A DNA stretch of 38,722 nucleotides from the NCBI GenBank assembly GCA_024181965.1, contig BQXS01012504.1:1-38722 (forward strand), written 5' to 3'. Below, in pieces: positions 10,424 through 18,521 of this stretch. The stretch is from Aduncisulcus paluster. Lineage: Eukaryota. Position numbers and translations under genes: made by a program. The notes under the pieces were generated by a model. That model did not search any database, had not been told where the DNA came from, and worked only from the letters and a program-made list of their open reading frames with translations. Every line of letters starts with the position of its first letter. Positions within the stretch are counted from its first letter, which is position 1.

Positions 10424-12908
10424 ATGGGGAGTACAGATTCAAAATATAAGGGCAATTCCATTGCTTCTTCTGTTCCTCTTCATCATGTTGAAATTAATTT
10501 TGTCAGTACCTCCGCAAGAGAGGTGAAAATAAGAGGATATACAAGAGGAGGAGAATGGAATGATTATAAAATGTCGAAAATATCGTCAGAAACATTTAAA
10601 TTGAGTTTAGAATTACCCAAGGGCTTATTTTTTTATAATTTTATTGTGGATGGGAAAACCGTAACATCTGGAGATCATTCATATGCCAAAGACCCTGTTG
10701 GAAATGTTAGAAATTATATGCGAGTTGGAGAATCACGGGAAAAGACTGCAGATAAGCATAGGGAGATTCGTAAGACCGTTGATGGAGAAATTGTCTCCCA
10801 ATCACGTCCTACTGATGAGAAAAGGAAGCAAAATCCCACTGTCCCACAATCTCCAGTTCATCAACCCACTAAAGATGTCACTCTGAGTGCTCAGCGGACT
10901 GCGACACCTTCCTCGGTGAAGGAAAGGGATCGATCTTCCTCTCATTCCTCTGGAAGAAGCGTTGATCATCGTCCTCCAAAGGGTAGAGACGAGAGGTTTA
11001 GGAGCTCTAGTCGTGCTGATATGATTCCACGAGCCCCCATTCCACTCGAAGAATCGTTTAATCTCTTCAAAGAGAAATTCAGTCAGGAGATGCCTTCTCT
11101 GAGTTGGTTTGTCTCCAAAGAACCCCCGATCGTTGAGCCCGTGCTTGAGAAGACTCCCTTAAATATTCTTCCACAATCGTTAGGTGATGGAAAAGAAATG
11201 AAGCATCAACTATTGCTCCCCTTGCCTACACATCCCGTATTGACGCATACTTACCGACAGAAGAGGAGGAGAATGGAATGATTATAAAATGTCGAAAATA
11301 TCGTCAGAAACATTTAAATTGAGTTTAGAATTACCCAAGGGCTTATTTTTTTATAATTTTATTGTGGATGGGAAAACCGTAACATCTGGAGATCATTCAT
11401 ATGCCAAAGACCCTGTTGGAAATGTTAGAAATTATATGCGAGTTGGAGAATCACGGGAAAAGACTGCAGATAAGCATAGGGAGATTCGTAAGACCGTTGA
11501 TGGAGAAATTGTCTCCCAATCACGTCCTACTGATGAGAAAAGGAAGCAAAATCCCACTGTCCCACAATCTCCAGTTCATCAACCCACTAAAGATGTCACT
11601 CTGAGTGCTCAGCGGACTGCGACACCTTCCTCGGTGAAGGAAAGGGATCGATCTTCCTCTCATTCCTCTGGAAGAAGCGTTGATCATCGTCCTCCAAAGG
11701 GTAGAGACGAGAGGTTTAGGAGCTCTAGTCGTGCTGATATGATTCCACGAGCCCCCATTCCACTCGAAGAATCGTTTAATCTCTTCAAAGAGAAATTCAG
11801 TCAGGAGATGCCTTCTCTGAGTTGGTTTGTCTCCAAAGAACCCCCGATCGTTGAGCCCGTGCTTGAGAAGACTCCCTTAAATATTCTTCCACAATCGTTA
11901 GGTGATGGAAAAGAAATGAAGCATCAACTATTGCTCCCCTTGCCTACACATCCCGTATTGACGCATACTTACCGACAGAAGAGGAGGAGAATCGCAAGAG
12001 AGGTGAAAATAAGAGGATATACAAGAGGAGGAGAATGGAATGATTATAAAATGTCGAAAATATCGTCAGAAACATTTAAATTGAGTTTAGAATTACCCAA
12101 GGGCTTATTTTTTTATAATTTTATTGTGGATGGGAAAACCGTAACATCTGGAGATCATTCATATGCCAAAGACCCTGTTGGAAATGTTAGAAATTATATG
12201 CGAGTTGGAGAATCACGGGAAAAGACTGCAGATAAGCATAGGGAGATTCGTAAGACCGTTGATGGAGAAATTGTCTCCCAATCACGTCCTACTGATGAGA
12301 AAAGGAAGCAAAATCCCACTGTCCCACAATCTCCAGTTCATCAACCCACTAAAGATGTCACTCTGAGTGCTCAGCGGACTGCGACACCTTCCTCGGTGAA
12401 GGAAAGGGATCGATCTTCCTCTCATTCCTCTGGAAGAAGCGTTGATCATCGTCCTCCAAAGGGTAGAGACGAGAGGTTTAGGAGCTCTAGTCGTGCTGAT
12501 ATGATTCCACGAGCCCCCATTCCACTCGAAGAATCGTTTAATCTCTTCAAAGAGAAATTCAGTCAGGAGATGCCTTCTCTGAGTTGGTTTGTCTCCAAAG
12601 AACCCCCGATCGTTGAGCCCGTGCTTGAGAAGACTCCCTTAAATATTCTTCCACAATCGTTAGGTGATGGAAAAGAAATGAAGCATCAACTATTGCTCCC
12701 CTTGCCTACACATCCCGTATTGACGCATACTTACCGACAGAAGAGGAGGAGAATGGTCAGTGCAAGTGCAATTACAACAAGATTTAGAACAAGACATATT
12801 ACTACAATTAGATATAATCCAACAAAGAATTCATTGTGTAACCCTTCTGATAAGTCGGTTCTTGATGTCTTATCTGGGAAAGATAGAGTTGCTTGGCCAA
12901 CTAAATAA
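10424..12908 (+). CDS. AMPK/SNF1 beta regulatory subunit (~334 aa after removing two internal duplications)
   Basis: N-myristoylation-type start MGSTDSK, CBM48-like domain (LELPKG..YNFIVDG..GNVRNY), C-terminal ASC motif (LPLPTHPVLTH...TTRFRTRHITTIRYNP). 2485-718-762 = 1005 nt gives one intact frame. Confidence 0.9.
10513..12756 (+). repeat. Tandem triplication inside the AMPK-beta gene (periods 718 and 762 nt)
   Basis: Three apparently identical copies. The first junction uses the 16-nt direct repeat AAGAGGAGGAGAATGG (10543-10558, 11261-11276). Confidence 0.9.
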
Positions 12909-13251
12909 GGATATTTTAATGTTATTTTGATTAATTCTTGGTATATATATTTTTTCGGGATTTACCAATCTGGATCAGGTTCTGAAAATCCATTGGTGAA
13001 AGGATTAAATCATTTTATGAAATCTCAATAAAATAAAGATTATTTACTATTTTTATAATTTGTTTTTCTTTTTGATCTTGTCTTCTGGCTTCTCCTCGCC
13101 AAAGCAGGTTTTCTTCGGAATATCTAGATTTTTAACAGGACTTTTTAAGTTATTTTATCTTTAATAGGATATTATTTATAAAATTTGATATTATATTTGG
13201 ATTTTATTCGTGATTACTCTTTTTAGTGAAAACTACTCAAACTTAGTATAA

Positions 13252-13755
13252 ATGGAAGAGTACTCTTTTCTAGATCATTGTATGGATATATTTGTAGTGT
13301 ATGGAGGGATATTTGTGGCAATTTTGATCATTATCGATTGGATTATCTCATCTTCCCCTGGAAAGACAAAAAAAGTGTTCTCTATGTTTGATAAATTGGA
13401 CGATATTGAAGCTGAAAATATACATGATGAAGAAATGAGAAAAAAGAAATATATTGCGAAGAGAAAGGCCATCCAGACCCACAGATTCAACAAGTCTGGG
13501 GCCTTGTCTAAAAAGCAACTTGAAGCCCTATCAACTATATTGTCTGATGATTATGCATCTTCTCATGGTGGGGTTCCCTCAGAAAAGCCTGTTCCTTTGA
13601 AAGTAAGTGGTCGCAAGGATGGAATGTTGCAAGCTGAGATTGAAAAGGATGTTATGGAGAGAGAAATTAAAAGAATTCAGCAAAATATGAAGAAAAGGCG
13701 TGAGAATAGAATGTCATTTAAAGAAAAGAGTGGGAGTATCGAAACAGCAAAATAG
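13252..13755 (+). CDS. Hypothetical single-pass membrane protein, 167 aa
   Basis: ATG-TAG ORF with an N-terminal hydrophobic segment (IFVVYGGIFVAILIIIDWII) and a charged helical tail. Confidence 0.7.
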   Translation: MEEYSFLDHCMDIFVVYGGIFVAILIIIDWIISSSPGKTKKVFSMFDKLDDIEAENIHDEEMRKKKYIAKRKAIQTHRFNKSGALSKKQLEALSTILSDDYASSHGGVPSEKPVPLKVSGRKDGMLQAEIEKDVMEREIKRIQQNMKKRRENRMSFKEKSGSIETAK

Positions 13756-13892
13756 ACAATAACACAATATATCATTGATTTTTATTTCCATATTTTTTGA
13801 AATTTTATCAATATTATTGGATATTTTAATGATAAAATTATATTTCTCATTCATTCTGAAGTTTTCCAAAAGGCTTCCTGATTTGTTTCACC

Positions 13893-14681
13893 ATGTCATC
13901 TGATACATATAAATTGCAGGAAATAGTTGTAAAATGTGTCAAATTAGTGCCAGATGTTAAATCTTGGCTTGTTTTATCCGGAGATTGTGCTGATTATCAG
14001 ATGAGACCCTTAATTATTCAATATACCGTTAATAAGCATGAAGAGATTCCTTTAAATTATTATTTACAAATTATAAATTCTATTAGATTTAAATGTGGCC
14101 TTGAGAAAGTTAAATCCTTCGAGCAATGTGACCCTAGTGAAATATCAGCGAAATTACCATCTCCCTTCTTGTCTCATGATGAAATGTTTGCTTCCCAGTA
14201 TAAAGCGAGATATATTTTGTATAATATGATTATTGCTGCCCAATCTAATATTATAGATGTCAAATATCGCAAAAAGCTTCCTGTATACAATCCTGCCATC
14301 GCTCACCGAATGAGATCAAAGGGGTTGGCAGCACTTTGCTATGAAAGCGTTGCAAGTCTTGCAAAGAAGAATGAAAAGGGTGTGATTACCCCCAAATCTC
14401 TCTCTAAAGCATTTTTAGGGGCTTTTGTGAAGTTTGGAGGTTTGTTCGCCAGTACAATGGCATTCACTGCGGCTGGTTGGTTTATTGCATGGAGTAGAGG
14501 GAAATCGAAGGATGAATGTCTTGCTTACTCTGCTATTGGATTTTTAGTTGGTATTATCGTCGAAAGCTTCCTCATCGTGCTCATTGATTTTAAGAATTCC
14601 GTGAACAAACAAAAACAAGCCAAAAAAGAAATAGCTAAAGTGCCTAAAGCTTCATCAAGACCAGTTAAGAAGGAAGATTGA
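13893..14681 (+). CDS. Hypothetical membrane protein, 262 aa, two C-terminal TM segments
   Basis: Long ORF in AT-rich DNA; hydrophobic segments FGGLFASTMAFTAAGWFIAW and LAYSAIGFLVGIIVESFLIVLI, then a basic tail. Confidence 0.75.
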   Translation: MSSDTYKLQEIVVKCVKLVPDVKSWLVLSGDCADYQMRPLIIQYTVNKHEEIPLNYYLQIINSIRFKCGLEKVKSFEQCDPSEISAKLPSPFLSHDEMFASQYKARYILYNMIIAAQSNIIDVKYRKKLPVYNPAIAHRMRSKGLAALCYESVASLAKKNEKGVITPKSLSKAFLGAFVKFGGLFASTMAFTAAGWFIAWSRGKSKDECLAYSAIGFLVGIIVESFLIVLIDFKNSVNKQKQAKKEIAKVPKASSRPVKKED

Positions 14682-14929
14682 TCGGATAAATTTTTTTTGC
14701 GACTATGTCGCACTGCGACTTTTTCAAAATTCTAAAAACGTTAAAATTAATATCCTATGATACCCTTATTCATTTATTATTATTTTATTTTTATCTGCTT
14801 GCTTAATAGAGCCATGGAGATGAAAATTAAAAAAGCATCTGAGTTTTCTGGAATTTTTATAAAATAAATATAATAATTATACACAATTAAACATACGCTG
14901 TATTTTTTATTTATTTTTACATCCCTTAT

Positions 14930-15195
14930 TCATTCGCTTCTGGTGACAGAAGTAAACTCAGAGGTGAACAATAAATGTTTTTGACCTTCGCAAAATTAAG
15001 TGCTCAGTATTGGACGTCTGGGACATTTCTATTTTCGAATTACAAGGATGATTTGTATTTTGCAGATTGAGCAACTGCATTTTGCAGATTTGGACTTTCG
15101 CATATTGCAGCTGTAAAATGCAGCTCAGGTGATAGAAATGAAACGCGATAAAATCTGGGGTTGAGTCAAGCAATCTAAGCTCAAAATGGTTCATT
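14930..15195 (+). ncRNA. Candidate structured non-coding RNA, family unassigned
   Basis: Intergenic island with nested inverted repeats: 14936-14953 hairpin with GUGA tetraloop, 15024-15032/15132-15140 9-bp stem, 15075-15087/15111-15123 13-bp stem. G-U pairs favour the + strand. Confidence 0.45.
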
Positions 15196-15721
15196 AAATT
15201 TATGAAAAAACATTATGAAATAAACAATAATTTGATTCAATGTAATATTTATGGACTTTCTTTGGAAGATTTCATTTCTTAAAAATATAGAATTTCTTAC
15301 AATAACAGAAAAAGCAGTTTTGACAACAATAGAATGGATGTTCCGTCATTTTCATCAATAGATCGNNNNNNNNNNNNNNNNNNNNTATTTTCGAATTACA
15401 AGGATGATTTGTATTTTGCAGATTGAGCAACTGCATTTTGCAGATTTGGACTTTCGCATATTGCAGCTGTAAAATGCAGCTCAGGTGATAGAAATGAAAC
15501 GCGATAAAATCTGGGGTTGAGTCAAGCAATCTAAGCTCAAAATGGTTCATTAAATTTATGAAAAAACATTATGAAATAAACAATAATTTGATTCAATGTA
15601 ATATTTATGGACTTTCTTTGGAAGATTTCATTTCATAAAAATATAGAATTTCTTACAATAACAGAAAAAGCAGTTTTGACAACAATAGAATGGATGTTCC
15701 GTCATTTTCATCAATAGATCG
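15030..15721. repeat. Gap-flanking duplication (15030-15365 = 15386-15721, offset 356), probable assembly artefact
   Basis: Copies either side of the N run 15366-15385; one substitution seen (15279 T vs 15635 A). Confidence 0.85.
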
Positions 15722-18101
15722 AGAGCCAAAGGTAATTGTTTCTCCAAAAATAATGGGAAATGCTGATTTTATTGAGGTTGTTACACATAAAAAAAAGACG
15801 ACTGAGAAAAAGGGTCAAATCAAATATATTGATAATTATAATTTAATATTTGAGGATATGTTTCCTTATGAATTTCCTTCTGATTCTATTTACTCTCATA
15901 TTCCTCATGTTGATCCATTGAATCATTCCGCATATCTTTCTTTTCAAAAGCAAATTGATGATGAACTACTGAAGGTTCCATGCCGTAAAAAATCAATTTT
16001 AACTAATATTCAACATATTCCAATGTTTTCAGACTTCTTAGGGCGAGTAGAGATTGATCAAGGATATTTGCGATCTTGCAAGTCATTCCTTGATGCTAAA
16101 ATAGAAGAAATTGGACTCCACCCTCATGATTTTTACTGGTTTTTAAAGCATAGATCTGATTATTCTGCTCCTTTTCCTCACATTTCATTCTCTCAGAAAA
16201 AGAAACTTCTTCAATACCCATCAAAAGCTCACAAGGAGAAATTACATATTTCTCGGAAAGTAACCATTCCTGTCCCTTCATATGACACTTCTCGAATCCC
16301 TACTTCTCTTCAAAAACAAACTAAAACTTACATACAAAAAAAAGGCAGCCCGCTTAGTATTTTGCTCTCGAATGGGATTAAATCCTCATATTTGCCAGAG
16401 TCTTCTATTCAGATTTCTGCTCATTCCTTCGATAATTTTGACTCATTGGATTATCACAGATCAGATCTGCAGGCCATTCTAAATACATGTATTCAACAAC
16501 CAGAAATGGCTCGTATGAGTCATGTTTCAGTCAATATGGGTGCTGACATGGTTTTTAGATCCAAGAATTCTACTTTTACTCTCGCTTCTCATCATTTTGC
16601 TGATGTTTCGAACCCACATTATGCTATTCGATTTGCACGTGATTTAGGAAAGTACATATCTGGGAAAAGCATATCAAGTATCATTAATTCCATTTCAAAC
16701 TCTCCCTCTACTATGGCAAAAGATATTGATATGTTTATTTCCCGAATCCGTTCAGAATATCCTGTCCAATATGTTGGTTCTCAGCACATTTCAAGCATAA
16801 GTGGATGTATGAGGATTATTGGCAAGAATCCAAAGAAGAAGAAAGTGAAGAAGGAAGACTCTAGTGTGTCAAAATCAAAATCACCTAGATTATTTGAATC
16901 TAAGCTCGATAAAAATCAAAATAACAATTCTCCTTCACAAGTTGCGGAAGATAATCAATCTGACATTGTTTCAAGTCCATCCTCCAGAGTTTCTCAAGAT
17001 ATGGTTCCAAAAATAGATTCCAAACAACCCTCTGCGATGGATTCTTGTGGTGAGAATTCCATAACAAGTGATGATGAAAGCTTTTATTCTGCTTCTTCCC
17101 CTTCCTCTTCTTCCATTTCAAATGATCAACAGCAAAGAATAATGCAACAAACTAGCTCTTCTTCTTGTCAAAAGAAATCACCCGCAACTCCGAGAGTGAT
17201 ATGTGACGTTGGGGGAGAGCTTGTACATCGCTCAAAACTTGATGTTAGAAGTAGCATTGGAACAAAGGTTTCTATTGGTCTTGGTGATCAGCGAGTGGGT
17301 GAAGAATCGTCTCTCTCCAAAGGAAATGACCTTTGTCCAAAGATGGATATTGGAGAATTTCCTATTCATTTCCACTCCCTATCCTCCTTCGACTCCCCTC
17401 ATTGCGCCGCATTTCCTTCTTCTCTTGCAGTTTCTGGGTCTGTGTCATCAGATCTTTCCCTTCATTTCTCTTCACTTTTTCACCACAATCATTCAAAATC
17501 TTCCCAAGATACGAAAGATCCAGTCGAAATTCATGATTCTGAACTCGAAGATACGCATATTCAAGACCCTACATCAGTTCTAAGTAATCCTCATTCTCTG
17601 TATATTGGGAAAAAGAAGAAAGGAATCGACCTCCAATCTATATTTGGAATGGCTGGAGTCTACACCGAAGAAGGACTTGGAATAGGAATTGGAACATGTT
17701 TCCGTGCCAAAAATAGATATCAAATCGGTATGGGATGCGTTGTTGGTGGAGGAATTGGAGCTCATGCATCGATGTGCGTTGGAAGCACCAGTAATTCAGA
17801 AGGAAAGGTTCCACAATCATCCCTGCAGGTATCCTTGGCCACTTTCTATCCTTTCGCACCAATTGAATCGTTAGATCCCGATATGGAATCATTTGCTGAC
17901 CTGAGCGATTCTTCCATTCCTTCTTTCTCTTCAGGTCCAAGTACAGTTCAACAGGACTTTGCAACGTTCTTAGGAGTTCCAACTCATGTAAAGGTTCCTT
18001 GTATGGGTGTTAATATCAATTTAAATGTGAATTTAGCTACTCAGGGACCAAAAACTAGTCGATTCAAGAATTTTTGGAAAAAGTTATTTGGAACGAAATA
18101 G
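15690..18101 (+). CDS. Hypothetical 803-aa protein with amphipathic Gly-rich beta-strands and Ser-rich inserts
   Basis: Long uninterrupted ORF; no family recognised with certainty. Confidence 0.8.
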   Translation: MDVPSFSSIDREPKVIVSPKIMGNADFIEVVTHKKKTTEKKGQIKYIDNYNLIFEDMFPYEFPSDSIYSHIPHVDPLNHSAYLSFQKQIDDELLKVPCRKKSILTNIQHIPMFSDFLGRVEIDQGYLRSCKSFLDAKIEEIGLHPHDFYWFLKHRSDYSAPFPHISFSQKKKLLQYPSKAHKEKLHISRKVTIPVPSYDTSRIPTSLQKQTKTYIQKKGSPLSILLSNGIKSSYLPESSIQISAHSFDNFDSLDYHRSDLQAILNTCIQQPEMARMSHVSVNMGADMVFRSKNSTFTLASHHFADVSNPHYAIRFARDLGKYISGKSISSIINSISNSPSTMAKDIDMFISRIRSEYPVQYVGSQHISSISGCMRIIGKNPKKKKVKKEDSSVSKSKSPRLFESKLDKNQNNNSPSQVAEDNQSDIVSSPSSRVSQDMVPKIDSKQPSAMDSCGENSITSDDESFYSASSPSSSSISNDQQQRIMQQTSSSSCQKKSPATPRVICDVGGELVHRSKLDVRSSIGTKVSIGLGDQRVGEESSLSKGNDLCPKMDIGEFPIHFHSLSSFDSPHCAAFPSSLAVSGSVSSDLSLHFSSLFHHNHSKSSQDTKDPVEIHDSELEDTHIQDPTSVLSNPHSLYIGKKKKGIDLQSIFGMAGVYTEEGLGIGIGTCFRAKNRYQIGMGCVVGGGIGAHASMCVGSTSNSEGKVPQSSLQVSLATFYPFAPIESLDPDMESFADLSDSSIPSFSSGPSTVQQDFATFLGVPTHVKVPCMGVNINLNVNLATQGPKTSRFKNFWKKLFGTK

Positions 18102-18212
18102 AGCTGAGAAATATTTAAATACGAATAAACAAGGTTAATAATTAGATAGTTAAATGATCACAACTGAATTCATTTGTGAGATTTTTATAAAGTGAAGGAA
18201 ATAACAAAAATA

Positions 18213-18284
18213 TACGCGTATCGGGATTTGAACCCGAGTCCTTCGCATGGGAAGCGAAGATGCTTACCACTACACCATACGCGT
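18213..18284 (-). tRNA. tRNA-Gly(CCC)
   Basis: Full 72-nt cloverleaf: acceptor ACGCGTA/TACGCGT, D-arm GTGT-AGTGGTAA-GCAT, anticodon arm TTCGC-TTCCCAT-GCGAA, T-arm TCGGG-TTCAAAT-CCCGA, discriminator A. Confidence 0.95.
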
Positions 18285-18521
18285 CTAAAAATTGAGAATG
18301 TTGTTAATTATTCAATGGTAAATCTTACTTGTCATAATCTATCTCATTATCTGCTTGTTTTCTAAAAATATCTAGTTATCCATAAATTTACTGTTTTAAA
18401 GATAAATCAGATCAACAATGTTTTGCCCGATTTAATGAAGGTTGCTAAACGGATATTAATATTACAAATTAACAGTTCACATCTTACATTAATCTCTCAT
18501 TTTCTTCCACACTATTAACAT

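Noticed and set aside
10543-12756. Repeats read as a CRISPR array, LTRs or a transposon
   Set aside because: The units are internal pieces of AMPK-beta, with no spacers, terminal repeats or transposase.
12965-12996. Imperfect hairpin CCAA-TC-TGGAT...ATCCA-TTGG after the AMPK-beta stop
   Set aside because: Short and bulged; no SECIS, snoRNA or other motif, and no in-frame UGA in the gene.
13252-13755. Resemblance to selenoprotein S/K topology
   Set aside because: Only a generic TM plus charged helix; ends in TAG with no C-terminal Sec/Cys motif or SECIS.
14330-14440. RhoGAP-like ending (KN...ITPKSLSKAFLG) in the 262-aa protein
   Set aside because: No arginine-finger region is recognisable; too weak to call.
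15043-15163. U6-like CAAGGATGA, and CAACCCCA (ciliate telomerase template-like) on the minus strand
   Set aside because: No ACAGAGA/AGC U6 core nearby; 8-9-nt matches are not significant and the telomere repeat of this organism is unknown to me.
14958-15194. 78-aa minus-strand ORF and its duplicate at 15272-15550
   Set aside because: No protein features; it overlaps the structured RNA candidate, and the second copy is a gap duplication.
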